Source: Microcoleus sp. (GTDB taxonomy: Bacteria > Cyanobacteriota > Cyanobacteriia > Cyanobacteriales > Microcoleaceae). From it: a stretch of DNA of 64,000 nt. The translations under genes and the position numbers were made by a program. Below, piece after piece: positions 19,853-30,012 of this stretch; position 1 is the stretch's first letter, and each line of letters opens with the position of its first letter. The DNA lies in NCBI GenBank assembly GCA_052279835.1, contig CP181291.1:1152001-1216000 (forward strand), read 5' to 3'. Below the pieces are notes generated by a model. It saw only the letters and a list, made by a program, of their open reading frames with translations, had not been told where the DNA came from and ran no database searches.

Positions 19853-20602
19853 ATGACAGGACTTTTTCAAATCGGGGATAAATTACTGCAAGCTCAGGAT
19901 ATGCCATCGCTCCTGAAGCGCTATCAGTTGATGCCACAATTTTTGCGGGGCGTAATCATCGACCAAGCGATCGCATCCTTCAGTTGCAGCGACGAAGAAC
20001 GCCAATCCGCCTTGGAGAACTTTCTGGTTCAGCACCAACTGACAGCCCCCGAAGCCAGAGAAGCTTGGCTTCGCAGCCAGCATATGACCATAGAAGAACT
20101 TCAAGAAATGGTCACCAGACCCTTGCTGATCGAAAAATTCAAGCAAGAAACTTGGAGACCTAAAGTAGATAACTATTTTTTAACCCGCAAAGCCAGCCTA
20201 GACCACGTAGTCTATTCCCTGGTCCGCACTAAAAATCCAGCATTAGCCAACGAACTATACTTTCGCATCTCGGAAGGGGAACAAAGCTTTGCTGAAGTGG
20301 CCCAGCAATTTTCCGAAGGCCCAGAGTCCAAGTCCGGTGGCTTGTTAGGACCAGTACCCCTCAGCCAGCCGCACCCAGCAATCAGTAAACTTTTGTCAGT
20401 GAGCAAACCAAATCAACTTTGGCAGCCACGTCCTCTGGCAGAATGGATGGTCATTATTCGACTAGAAAAATTCATGCCCGCTCAGCTAGACGAATCCATG
20501 CGACTGCACTTAATTAACGAACTATTTGAAACCTGGGTCGCCGAACAAATATCGAAAATAGGCCCGCTACAGCCGCTCTCTTCGGTCTCTTCAATCTCAT
20601 GA
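19853..20602 (+). CDS. PpiC/parvulin-type peptidyl-prolyl isomerase associated with T1SS
   Basis: SFAEVAQQFSEGPE..GGLLG rotamase motif; upstream of hlyB. Confidence 0.85.
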   Translation: MTGLFQIGDKLLQAQDMPSLLKRYQLMPQFLRGVIIDQAIASFSCSDEERQSALENFLVQHQLTAPEAREAWLRSQHMTIEELQEMVTRPLLIEKFKQETWRPKVDNYFLTRKASLDHVVYSLVRTKNPALANELYFRISEGEQSFAEVAQQFSEGPESKSGGLLGPVPLSQPHPAISKLLSVSKPNQLWQPRPLAEWMVIIRLEKFMPAQLDESMRLHLINELFETWVAEQISKIGPLQPLSSVSSIS

Positions 20603-20720
20603 AGATCTAGCAATGAGGGGTCAGTTACCCCCCATTGACCCGTTGGACTGTGGAGACTCGATCGACTAACTCCGCATCCTGACCACCATCAAACAGTAAA
20701 GGGTGCGAGTCAATTTTTCA

Positions 20721-20750
20721 ATCTAAAATCTAAAATCTAAAATCTAAAAT
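20721..20750. repeat. Heptamer tandem repeat (ATCTAAA)n
   Basis: About 4 copies just upstream of hlyB. Confidence 0.8.
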
Positions 20751-20753
20751 CGG

Positions 20754-23700
20754 ATGACTTCTTCCGCTGTTTCCCCATCTCAGATTCAGGATTTCCTGGC
20801 TCAAACTCCCCCTTTTGACCGACTCTCGGAGACGGCACTCAACGCTTTGGTGGCGAAATGCCAACTGTTAGGTTATCGGACTGGGCAGCCACTGTTTGAA
20901 CGGGAAAAAATGCCGACTCAGGTGGCAATTATCTATGATGGTCAGGCCCGACTCCTGGGCTTTGACCAGCGCTCTCAACGCCACGTCAGTTTACGGTTGG
21001 TACAGCCCAAGGAAATTCTCGGCTGGGCTGGTTTGCTCAGGTGTGTTCCTTGCGAAACTGCGATCGCCTCTACAAATGTAATTGCGATCGTCATACAAGC
21101 CGAAGATTTCCTCAGCTTACTCGAAAAACAGCCGCAATTTGGAGAAGCCTTTCGCGAACATTGTTCCTTGAGCGAAGTATTTGAACTGTTGAGCCTAGAA
21201 TTGCAGCGCCAGGCCGATTCCTCCTCTAACCTCAAGGACATCACTGTGCAAGCTTGGCAAGATGCGAAAGTGATCAACCTGCCCAATGGTAACAAAAAAA
21301 CCCAAGAGCTCGCCAAAGAGTTAGAGGGCGATCGCATTTGGCTAGTCAGCAGCGGCGTCTTGGGCGACTTTCCCACCGGCAGTCGCTTACATCTTAACGG
21401 CGAAGCCAAATCCCTAAAAGTAGAAGGCCGCCTGGGCACTCGCTTGGTAGGCTTCCGGGAACCCCCACCACCAACACCAGAAGCAGATCCCCTAAACGAT
21501 CCTGCAGAAATCGAACCAGGAGACTTGGAGAACCAGAGTCTCTTTGACAAAGTAACCATCGCCCCACCGCGTCCCCCAGAACCCTCATCGGGCCAAAAGG
21601 ATGCTGCTAAATACCCTGTTTTCCGGGGCCGAGGGCAAATAGACGGGCCACTAGCTTGCTTCCAGATGTTAAGCAAGTATTTTGGCATGAAGTTTCGTCG
21701 AGATATCATCCGCAAAGTTCTCGACAATCAGTTAAAAACCGCTGGTTCTATCAGTATCCAAGCCTGTGGTGCGATCGCCCAAAGCATCGGCCTGACACCT
21801 CAAATGGCCCAAGTACCAGCAGAAGCCATCAACCGCATCAAAGCCCCGGTAATGATTAAATGGAAAGACAGCTTTGCCATTATTTACAGCATTACCGAGC
21901 AGGAATTAACCATTGCCAGCCCCGAAGAAGGGCTGATGCGAAAGCGCGTAGCTCAGTTTAGAGAAATCTGGGGAGAAGCAGGAGAAGTCCTGCTGCTACA
22001 AGCCCCGCAAGTTGAACAAAAAGAACAGTTCAGCTTCTGGTGGTTCGTGCCGGCGTTGATGGAACACAAGACAGTATTTATTGAGGTGTTGCTCGCCTCG
22101 TTTTTTGTACAGCTATTCGGTCTTGCCAATCCCTTAATTAGCCAAGTAATTATTGATAAAGTATTAGGTCAACGCAGCATTGATACCCTAGATATTTTAG
22201 GAGCATTTCTGTTAGGAGTTGCCTTGTTTGAAGGACTCCTGAATGCTTTGCGTACCTTTTTGTTCATAGACACTTCCAACCGCATAGATGTCAAATTAAG
22301 TGCCGAAGTCATCGACCACTTACTCCGGCTTCCTCAAAATTACTTTGACAATCGGCGCGTGGGAGATTTGGTCTACAAATTTAGCATGATGGGCCAGATT
22401 CGGGAATTCATGACCGGTACAGCCCTGACAGTAGTTTTAGATGCAGTATTCTCGGTGGTTTACGTCGCCGTCATGTTGTCCTACAGCGTTCAGTTAACGG
22501 CAGTATCTTTGGCCGTCGTACCAATACTTGCCCTGATGATCGTGCTGATCAATCCCCTGGTGCTGCGCCTGATTAAACAAAGAAATATGCGTTTTGCTGA
22601 CTCTCAATCTTATTTAGTGGAAGTAGTCAGCGGGATTCAAACTGTTAAGGCGCAAAATATTGAATTGAAATCCCGCTGGGAGTGGTCTAGCCGCTATGCT
22701 AAATACATTACTGCCAGTTTTAAAACTATTATTACCGGGACAACAGCCGGTACAGTTAGTAGCTTCTTAAACCAAGTGGGTAACTTAGCTCAGTTGTGGG
22801 TGGGAGCTTATTTAGTATTGAAAAATGACATCACTTTGGGTCAGTTAATTGCTTTCCGAATTATTTCGGGGAACGTGACAGGTTCATTGCTCAGGTTTGT
22901 CAGCGTTTGGCAAAGTTTCCAAGAGGTGTCAATGTCGATCGATATGCTTAAGGATGTCGTCGATACGCCCACGGAAACCAGCGATGAAGACCGCAGTAAC
23001 ATCCCAATGCCCGCAATTCAAGGACAGGTGGCCTATGAGGAGGTTTCTTTCCGATTTCTGGAGAGCGGTTCCCTGCAATTAGCCAATGTGAATTTGGAAT
23101 TTCCGGCTGGTAGTTTTGTGGGAATTGTGGGAGGAAGTGGTTCCGGTAAGAGTACGGCGATGAAGCTGTTGCAGCGTCTGTATCCGCCACTTTCTGGTCG
23201 GATTTTTATTGACGGATATGACATTGCTAAGGTGGAATTGTATTCCCTCCGCAGCCAACTTGGGGTGGTGCTCCAAGATACTTTGTTGTTTAACTGTACG
23301 GTGCAGGAAAATATTGCTCTGAGCAATCCTGACGCGAGCACGGATGAGATTGTCCGAGCTGCGAAACTAGCAGTAGCCCACGATTTTATTATGGGCTTAC
23401 CCGCTGGCTATAATACGGTAGTGGGAGAGCGGGGTTCTTCGCTTTCTGGGGGTCAAAGGCAACGTTTGGCGATCGCCCGGACAATCTTGCAAAACCCCAG
23501 ACTGCTGATTTTGGACGAAGCTACCAGCGCCCTAGACTATCATTCCGAACGCCAAGTTTGTAATAACTTAGCAGAAGCTTTTAAGGGTCGCACCGTGTTT
23601 TTCATTACTCACCGTCTGACCACCATCCAAAATGCGGATGTGATTATTATGATGGATCAAGGTGCTGTCGTCGAGCAGGGAACTCATAAAGAATTAATGA

Positions 23701-23756
23701 GTCTTAAAGGGCGTTACTATTGCCTCTTCCAACAACAAGAGTCATCTAACACTTGA
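20754..23756 (+). CDS. Type I secretion ABC transporter (cNMP-binding + C39-like + ABC membrane + ATPase), HlyB family
   Basis: GGSGSGKST, LSGGQRQR, LILDEATS; N-terminal cNMP-like domain; the C39-like domain lacks the usual DCG catalytic Cys (IDGPLAC). Confidence 0.93.
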   Translation: MTSSAVSPSQIQDFLAQTPPFDRLSETALNALVAKCQLLGYRTGQPLFEREKMPTQVAIIYDGQARLLGFDQRSQRHVSLRLVQPKEILGWAGLLRCVPCETAIASTNVIAIVIQAEDFLSLLEKQPQFGEAFREHCSLSEVFELLSLELQRQADSSSNLKDITVQAWQDAKVINLPNGNKKTQELAKELEGDRIWLVSSGVLGDFPTGSRLHLNGEAKSLKVEGRLGTRLVGFREPPPPTPEADPLNDPAEIEPGDLENQSLFDKVTIAPPRPPEPSSGQKDAAKYPVFRGRGQIDGPLACFQMLSKYFGMKFRRDIIRKVLDNQLKTAGSISIQACGAIAQSIGLTPQMAQVPAEAINRIKAPVMIKWKDSFAIIYSITEQELTIASPEEGLMRKRVAQFREIWGEAGEVLLLQAPQVEQKEQFSFWWFVPALMEHKTVFIEVLLASFFVQLFGLANPLISQVIIDKVLGQRSIDTLDILGAFLLGVALFEGLLNALRTFLFIDTSNRIDVKLSAEVIDHLLRLPQNYFDNRRVGDLVYKFSMMGQIREFMTGTALTVVLDAVFSVVYVAVMLSYSVQLTAVSLAVVPILALMIVLINPLVLRLIKQRNMRFADSQSYLVEVVSGIQTVKAQNIELKSRWEWSSRYAKYITASFKTIITGTTAGTVSSFLNQVGNLAQLWVGAYLVLKNDITLGQLIAFRIISGNVTGSLLRFVSVWQSFQEVSMSIDMLKDVVDTPTETSDEDRSNIPMPAIQGQVAYEEVSFRFLESGSLQLANVNLEFPAGSFVGIVGGSGSGKSTAMKLLQRLYPPLSGRIFIDGYDIAKVELYSLRSQLGVVLQDTLLFNCTVQENIALSNPDASTDEIVRAAKLAVAHDFIMGLPAGYNTVVGERGSSLSGGQRQRLAIARTILQNPRLLILDEATSALDYHSERQVCNNLAEAFKGRTVFFITHRLTTIQNADVIIMMDQGAVVEQGTHKELMSLKGRYYCLFQQQESSNT

Positions 23757-23796
23757 TAACCAAACAATTACCAAATAACTAATAACAAGTAAACCC

Positions 23797-25803
23797 ATGG
23801 CAATGAAATCCATAATGCTCTCAGAGCAACCAGTCATTCTAGAAAAACCAGCGATTTGGTCGCGCTTGTTTTTGTGGATGATCATGTTGATGACCACTTC
23901 AGCAGTAGTTTGGGCCTATTTTGCTAGCGTCGAACAATCCGTACCCGCCGTCGGTCAATTGGAACTCAAAGATGGTGCCAGAGACATCCAAGCGCCTGCT
24001 ACGGGCGCAGTGGTGAGAGTTCACGTCGAAAATGGCGATCGCGTAGAAAAAAACCAGCCTTTGCTTACTTTTAACCCCGTTGCATCCAGTGCCGATTTCA
24101 CATCCCTGAAGAAAACCAAAGAAGCCCTGGAAAAGGAAAATAAATTTTACCAAGGTGTGGTTAATGGCAGCATTCAAGGTCCGATTCCTTCTAACCTAGA
24201 ATCAACCATCAAAGATAGGCAAAGCATCGCTGCACAAAATCAAGTGCTCCAAGCCTTAATTGACGAACTCTACCTGAACCGGGGAGCCAGCGGCAATTTT
24301 GATGCAGCTCAGCAAGGACTTTATGTTAACTATCGATCGGAATTTTTGTCTCGTGCAGCCGCAGTCCAAGGACAAATTCAGGAGTTGGAAAAACAACTCA
24401 AGCAAGCTGAAGATGCCGAAAAAGCAGCCGGCGATCAAATGACAGTAGCCCAGCAACAATTGGGTTTTGCCCAAAACCAATTAAATTATTCTCAGCAGCA
24501 ATTAGATTCTGCCAAAGAGCAAGTAAAATCTGCCGAAGCTCAGAAAATCTTAGCCGACGAACAGTTAGCCAAGTCCCAACAGGTGCTCAAGTCCAATCAA
24601 GGCATTTTGAGCAGACTAGGCCCACTGGTGGAAGCAGGAGCGATCGCTGAACTCCAAAAAGAAAAACAGGAGCAAGATGTTTTCCGAGGCCAAAGCGATG
24701 TCCTGAAACAACAAGATCAAATCAAGCAGCGCGAAGGTGAAATAAATGCCCGTAAAGGCGACATCAATACCCGCAGAGGTGAGATCAACACCCGCAGAGG
24801 TGAGATTAACGCCAGACAAGGTGACATCCAAAAAATCACTGCTGAAATCCAACGCCAGCGAGGAGAGCAAGAACGAATTCAAGAATCGATTAAGCGAGCA
24901 GAGGAACAGTTGAAAAACACCAAGGATTCCTGGGCAAAAGAACTGTATACTAAAATTTCCGAAAACCAGAAACAAATTGCCAGCAGCGATTCTCAACTGA
25001 GTCGGTACAAAGTAGAAAACCTGAAAAAGCTATCAGAAATCAATTCTCAACTAGAAAAGGCACAGGAAAACCGTAACACTCAAGTTCTGAAGTCCCCAGT
25101 ATCCGGCGTGATTTTTGATTTGAAACCTTCGACCAAGGAGAAATCTGAATTAGATGTCGCAAAAGATCCGATCTGCCAATCCATTATCAACTCAGTGCTC
25201 AAACCGGGGGAACCGCGCCCCAAACGCTGCGAAGAGGCTTATTATGAAGCGCAGCAAACTGAGAAATTGCTCAAAGTTTTGGATGACGAAAACGGTTTGC
25301 AAGCAACAGTTTATTTGGAAAATAGCAACGTAGCCCTGGTATTGGATGCTTTGAGACAGAAGCGGGCAAAATTGGAGCAGTATCACGGCAAACAATTGGA
25401 TGGAGAAAAGATTGACTGCGAAAAAGGTAAAAGTTGCGCTTGTCCTGAGAAGGAAGTTAACAGAGAGAAACTGGGTTTGACTAAATACCAATGCGTGCCT
25501 GTGGAAGTGAATGTAGAAGCTTTCCCGGCGATGGAATTTGGTACGGCTGAAGGTGAAGTGATAGATATTAGCAGCGATGCTTTGGCCCCCACAGAACTGC
25601 GGAAATACTACGCTTTTAAAACCACAATTAAGCTCAAAAATCAAAAGTTTGTTTTGAACAAGGACAAACCGAATCAAGTGGAAGTTAATTTGCAGTCGGG
25701 AATGGCCGTCAGTTCTAATATCAATATTGGTAAGCGGACGGTTTTGCAGATGTTTATCAACCGATTTACTGGCAAATTGGATACCTTCAAGACTGTTAAG
25801 TAG
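23797..25803 (+). CDS. HlyD family membrane fusion protein with long coiled coil and Cys-rich insertions
   Basis: N-terminal TM, lipoyl-like halves (IQAPATG..V.NGDRV / LKSPVSG.I), C-terminal FG..G.V..IS.D and LQSGM. Confidence 0.9.
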   Translation: MAMKSIMLSEQPVILEKPAIWSRLFLWMIMLMTTSAVVWAYFASVEQSVPAVGQLELKDGARDIQAPATGAVVRVHVENGDRVEKNQPLLTFNPVASSADFTSLKKTKEALEKENKFYQGVVNGSIQGPIPSNLESTIKDRQSIAAQNQVLQALIDELYLNRGASGNFDAAQQGLYVNYRSEFLSRAAAVQGQIQELEKQLKQAEDAEKAAGDQMTVAQQQLGFAQNQLNYSQQQLDSAKEQVKSAEAQKILADEQLAKSQQVLKSNQGILSRLGPLVEAGAIAELQKEKQEQDVFRGQSDVLKQQDQIKQREGEINARKGDINTRRGEINTRRGEINARQGDIQKITAEIQRQRGEQERIQESIKRAEEQLKNTKDSWAKELYTKISENQKQIASSDSQLSRYKVENLKKLSEINSQLEKAQENRNTQVLKSPVSGVIFDLKPSTKEKSELDVAKDPICQSIINSVLKPGEPRPKRCEEAYYEAQQTEKLLKVLDDENGLQATVYLENSNVALVLDALRQKRAKLEQYHGKQLDGEKIDCEKGKSCACPEKEVNREKLGLTKYQCVPVEVNVEAFPAMEFGTAEGEVIDISSDALAPTELRKYYAFKTTIKLKNQKFVLNKDKPNQVEVNLQSGMAVSSNINIGKRTVLQMFINRFTGKLDTFKTVK

Positions 25804-25842
25804 CCACTAGAATTCAGCGATTGCAGGGCTTTTATAAAACCG

Positions 25843-26103
25843 ATAGTCCGGCAGGGGTTAAAACCCCTGCCTCAAAGCAAAAGTCCTCTAAAGAGGACTC
25901 ATATCAATTCCGGTTGTATCGGAATGATTTAACCGCGAAGGCGCGTTCGGCGAAGCCGTTCCCGTAGGGTAGGACGCGAAGGAAGAGAAGAGAGAGTTTA
26001 ATAATTCCAATGAAGAGAGGATTTGATATCAGAAGAAGAATTTTCAACCATTAGTCATCTTTGAGAGGACTGTCACTATTAGACAGGGAATTCATGTCCC
26101 GCT
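25843..26103. repeat. Cluster of nested dispersed repeats (REP-like hairpins; ATATCAAwTCC-ended MITE at 25901-26030 with an SDR-like insert)
   Basis: GGCAGGGGTTAAAACCCCTGCC; AGTCCTCTAAAGAGGACT; ATATCAATTCC...GGATTTGATAT ends; AGACAGGGAATTCAT recurs at 34421. Confidence 0.65.
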
Positions 26104-26106
26104 GTA

Positions 26107-27975
26107 TTAAATAGATTGCTGATATTTTTCCAACAATTCCGGGATGTAATCATAGCCATCAACTCCGATGGCCGGAATGATACTTCCTCGACTCTTAGCC
26201 AAAGACTCCTTGAAAGCCTCACCGCCCATTTGTCCCCGCAAAATAGTCAGCAAACCAGCCGATTGACGCCACTCCATCGCCCCAATTTGCTCCAAAGTAT
26301 ACATCCCCAAACTACCAGCGAATATCGCTTTTTCTAGCTGATTGATACTATAATAAGCTTGAGCTAAATAAGCCAAATTCAGACCTTGTAAATACAAGTC
26401 GCCGGAAAATTGGGCCGCTTGCCAACCTTTGACCAAATATTCGATCGCACTTTCGGAATTTTCCAGCGCAATTTTAGCAATCCCCAGACTGCTGGAACAA
26501 AAAGCTTGACTTTGCCTATCTCCCAACCTTTCCGAAAGCAACAAACCTTGTTCCAAATAGCCGATCGCACTTTCATACACTTCTGGTTCCACATCCTCCA
26601 ACTGCCGCGCCTGAAACACCTCGCTATAACCCAAATTAGCCAGCGCATTTGCCTCACCTTGCCGCTCACCCGCTTGTCGTGCCATAATTAAAGCCCGCTG
26701 ACTATAATTAATCGCTTCCTGATAGTTTTTCTGAGAAACATAGTTGCGGCTGATGTGATTGAGATTAGCAACTTCGCAGGCTTTATCATCTTCCAGACGG
26801 GCAATTTCCAGCGCTTCTTTGTGCAGTAAGATCGATCGCTCATAGGCTCCCATAGCCCGCATCGAATAACCCAACAGCGTTAAAATTCGAGCCTTAGCTT
26901 GAGTACCTTCTACCCGTCGCAGAGGTTCATCTAAATACTCCAAAGTGTGGCGCAGAGAGTTGCCATCAAAGGAGGCAAAAATCCCACCGTACAGCGGAAA
27001 GTATTCTCGTTGAGAAAAAGCCCGCAAAATTTGCAGGGTTACTTGAAAACAAGCATTTGCCAACTGTTCGCCGCTTTTGGTAGAATTATTAAATCCACTG
27101 GCTAACTGACTCCAAATTACCGCAAAAGTAATATAAGTAGAAATAGAAGCTTTGGTTGACACTTTAGAATCGTAAACTTGCTTGTCAAACCATGTCGCCA
27201 ATGCCCGCTGCAAGCACTGCAAAATAATCGCCAATTCCACCAAAGCGCCTAACTCTAAACTCGATTCTTTAGCTGCTAACTCAACTATCGATTCACCCAT
27301 CGCAATTGTCTGCAAAAGAGCGTGAGGAAACGGACTTTTCACCTTTTTTGCCCAAAAAGCCCAAGGCCCGCTTTGTTCGGGACTAGCGCCAAATCCTAGC
27401 TGCTGGGGCTGATAAATCCAGCCTACAAGTTCCGGTTCCAGCCGTTGCCAAGATTCTAAACCTTTAGCAATCCCAGCGGTGATTTGCTGCAAGTCCCGCT
27501 CGGTTTCGGGATTGGAAGTTTGCAGCATTTGTTGGTGCAGGGATTTTGCTAATTGCTGCAATTGATCGAGAGTCAGGGGAAGTTCTTTGTTGGGGTCGAT
27601 TACTTGGAATAATGTCAGGAGACGGCTGTTAGGTTCGGCGGTAAGGATTTGTTGGATGGCTGAGGCGATCGCACTGGAAACTCGGTTATCCTTTTGCCAG
27701 CGTTCCCATTCTCCTTGGATGGTTTTTAGCGCTCTGAGGGTGCGATTTGCTTTGGCTTGTTTGATTTCGTCCTTTTCGTTTTTCAGCAGGTTTTCGGTGG
27801 CATCCAGGCGTTCTCCGAAACAGCGTTCAAAAATTTCGCCAGTGCCGGTGCCGATGTCTTGGACGAGCATTTGATATACTTGTTCTTTGGAGCGAATTTG
27901 ACCCTTGAGGGTGATTTCGACAATTTTGTCGATGAGGGCTAAGTAGCGATCGCGCAATGAGGTAGATTCTGGCAT
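26107..27975 (-). CDS. Tetratricopeptide repeat protein
   Basis: C-terminal TPR units (EVANLNHIS, EANALANLG); long ORF. Confidence 0.8.
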   Translation of the reverse strand: MPESTSLRDRYLALIDKIVEITLKGQIRSKEQVYQMLVQDIGTGTGEIFERCFGERLDATENLLKNEKDEIKQAKANRTLRALKTIQGEWERWQKDNRVSSAIASAIQQILTAEPNSRLLTLFQVIDPNKELPLTLDQLQQLAKSLHQQMLQTSNPETERDLQQITAGIAKGLESWQRLEPELVGWIYQPQQLGFGASPEQSGPWAFWAKKVKSPFPHALLQTIAMGESIVELAAKESSLELGALVELAIILQCLQRALATWFDKQVYDSKVSTKASISTYITFAVIWSQLASGFNNSTKSGEQLANACFQVTLQILRAFSQREYFPLYGGIFASFDGNSLRHTLEYLDEPLRRVEGTQAKARILTLLGYSMRAMGAYERSILLHKEALEIARLEDDKACEVANLNHISRNYVSQKNYQEAINYSQRALIMARQAGERQGEANALANLGYSEVFQARQLEDVEPEVYESAIGYLEQGLLLSERLGDRQSQAFCSSSLGIAKIALENSESAIEYLVKGWQAAQFSGDLYLQGLNLAYLAQAYYSINQLEKAIFAGSLGMYTLEQIGAMEWRQSAGLLTILRGQMGGEAFKESLAKSRGSIIPAIGVDGYDYIPELLEKYQQSI

Positions 27976-28157
27976 AAGTAGTGTTTTGTTAATAAAATTT
28001 TATGGACAGTGCTAGCAGCATTTAACGCTACTATTTCATCTTACAGTTTAAAAAAATGTTTGTAGTGAGGAGTTTACTCACCAGCAGTTAAAGACTCAAG
28101 TCCTCACTACCAACTAAATGTATTTTTTGATGAAATAGAAAGTCCGATTATTTAATT

Positions 28158-29153
28158 TTACACTTCCTCTGGATTAATGCCCATTGCTCGGAGGCGATCG
28201 GCTAAACGATTTGCCCGCTCTCTTTCTAATTCAGCTTGCTGTTTTTCAAATTCAGCACGTTGCCTTTCTAATTCAGCTTGCTGTTTTTCAAATTCAGCAC
28301 GTTGCCTTTCTAATTCAGCTTGCTGTTTTTCAAATTCAGCACGTTGCCTTTCTGAATCAGCTCGCCGTTTTTCTGAATCAGCTCGTTGTCTTTCTGATTC
28401 AGCTTGCTGTTTTTCAAATTCAGCTTGCTGCCTTTCTAATTCTGCCCGTTGGCTTTCAAATTCGGCTCGTTGACTTTCTAATTGAGCTCGCTGTCTTTCA
28501 GATTCTTCAGGAGTCAGAACTAAATTCCCATTAATATCGTACCAACGCAGCCACAACCTTTCATTTTGCAGGAAAGCACCTTGCCACAAACCCAAACTTA
28601 ACTGTATTTCCGGTATCCAAAATCGAGAACCTGTTAACACTTGTTCGCGGTAACGGTTGCCAATTAAGCGAAATACTCTCAATTGGTTGTTGTATTTGCT
28701 AAACACAAAGTAATAGGGAATCTTCAAAACTCTCTCATAAACCTGCCACTTAGTCGGCGGTTTGTTTGGTGCCGATTCTGTCAGTCCCAAATCTTCATCT
28801 TCCGTACTTGGTGATAGAAATTCGATCGCGATTAAAGGATTGACTGCTTCGTCCCAAATCACGTAACTTTGGCGCAAGTCTCTGTCTTGGTAAAATCTCG
28901 AAACGCCGACAACTAAATACCAATCGGGTCTTTTGTACCAATTGGGATGGTTGGAGTCGTAGTATAGATACAAATTGCCGGCCGAAAATATGCGATCGTG
29001 TGGATAATTAAAAGGAATGCAGCTAGCAGACAAAAGTTGTGCTTGCCATCGATGATATTCGTCAAACCCAGTATCATCGGGGTCTTCACTGGGTAGATCG
29101 TACATCGTCGGCAACGCTTTTGCTTGGGAAGATTGCGAATCTGGTATGTACAT
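28158..29153 (-). CDS. Uma2 (DUF820) family endonuclease-fold protein with long coiled-coil tail
   Basis: LPTMYDLPSE, RPDW, IEFLSPST, WLRW..G..LTPEE, then 7-aa (AExERQR) repeats. Confidence 0.9.
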   Translation of the reverse strand: MYIPDSQSSQAKALPTMYDLPSEDPDDTGFDEYHRWQAQLLSASCIPFNYPHDRIFSAGNLYLYYDSNHPNWYKRPDWYLVVGVSRFYQDRDLRQSYVIWDEAVNPLIAIEFLSPSTEDEDLGLTESAPNKPPTKWQVYERVLKIPYYFVFSKYNNQLRVFRLIGNRYREQVLTGSRFWIPEIQLSLGLWQGAFLQNERLWLRWYDINGNLVLTPEESERQRAQLESQRAEFESQRAELERQQAEFEKQQAESERQRADSEKRRADSERQRAEFEKQQAELERQRAEFEKQQAELERQRAEFEKQQAELERERANRLADRLRAMGINPEEV

Positions 29154-29174
29154 TGTTATACAATTAGCGTAAAA

Positions 29175-29984
29175 CTACAGTTCATCTGGATTAATGCCCA
29201 TTGCTCGGAGGCGATCGGCTAAACGATTTGCCCGCTCCTTTTCTGATTCAGCACGTTGTCTTTCTAATTCAGCTTGTTGCCGTTCAAATTCGGCTCGTTG
29301 GGCTTCCAATTGAGCTTGCTTTTTTGCAAATTCTTCAGGAGTAGGAACCAAATTTCCATTAAAATCGTACCAGCGCAGCCACAACCTTTCATTTTGCAGA
29401 AAATCACCTTGCCACAAACCCAAACTTAACTGTATTTCCGGTATCCAAAATCGAGAACCTGTTAACACTTGTTCGCGGTAACGGTTGCCAATTAAGTGAA
29501 ATACTCTCAATTGGTTGTTGTATTTGCTAAACACAAAGTAATAAGGGATTTTCAAAATTCTCTCATAAACTTCCCACTTAGTCGGCGGTTTGTTTGGTTC
29601 TGATTCTGTCAGCCCCAAATCTTCATCTTCCGTACTTGGTGATAGAAATTCGATCGCAATTAAAGGATTGACTGCTTCGTCCCAAATCACGTAACTTTGG
29701 CGCAAGTCTCTGTCTTGGTAAAATCTCGAAACCCCCACAACTAAATACCAATCGGGTCTTTTGTACCAATTGGGATGGTTGGAGTCGTAATATAGATTGA
29801 GATCGCTGGCAGAAAATACGCGATCGGCTGGATAATTAGAAGGAATGCAGCTAGCAGACAAAAGTTGTGCTTGCCATTGATGATATTCGTCAGGCAAACC
29901 AGGTTCCTCCGGGTCTTCACTGGGTAGATCGTACATCGTCGGCAGCACTTTTGCTTGGGAAGATTGCGAATCTGGTATGTACAT
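29175..29984 (-). CDS. Uma2 (DUF820) family protein, tandem paralogue
   Basis: Nearly identical core to 28158..29153; ATG at 29984 with the same upstream sequence. Confidence 0.9.
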   Translation of the reverse strand: MYIPDSQSSQAKVLPTMYDLPSEDPEEPGLPDEYHQWQAQLLSASCIPSNYPADRVFSASDLNLYYDSNHPNWYKRPDWYLVVGVSRFYQDRDLRQSYVIWDEAVNPLIAIEFLSPSTEDEDLGLTESEPNKPPTKWEVYERILKIPYYFVFSKYNNQLRVFHLIGNRYREQVLTGSRFWIPEIQLSLGLWQGDFLQNERLWLRWYDFNGNLVPTPEEFAKKQAQLEAQRAEFERQQAELERQRAESEKERANRLADRLRAMGINPDEL

Positions 29985-30012
29985 TGTTATACAATTATCC
30001 CTGCGAGATGTG

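Noticed and set aside
20975..21727. 250-aa antisense ORF within hlyB, and similar shadow ORFs elsewhere
   Set aside because: Fully antisense to a well-supported gene, with no recognisable motifs.
20754..23756. Bacteriocin/RiPP maturation transporter
   Set aside because: The C39-like domain lacks the catalytic Cys motif, and no precursor peptide or modifying enzyme is nearby.
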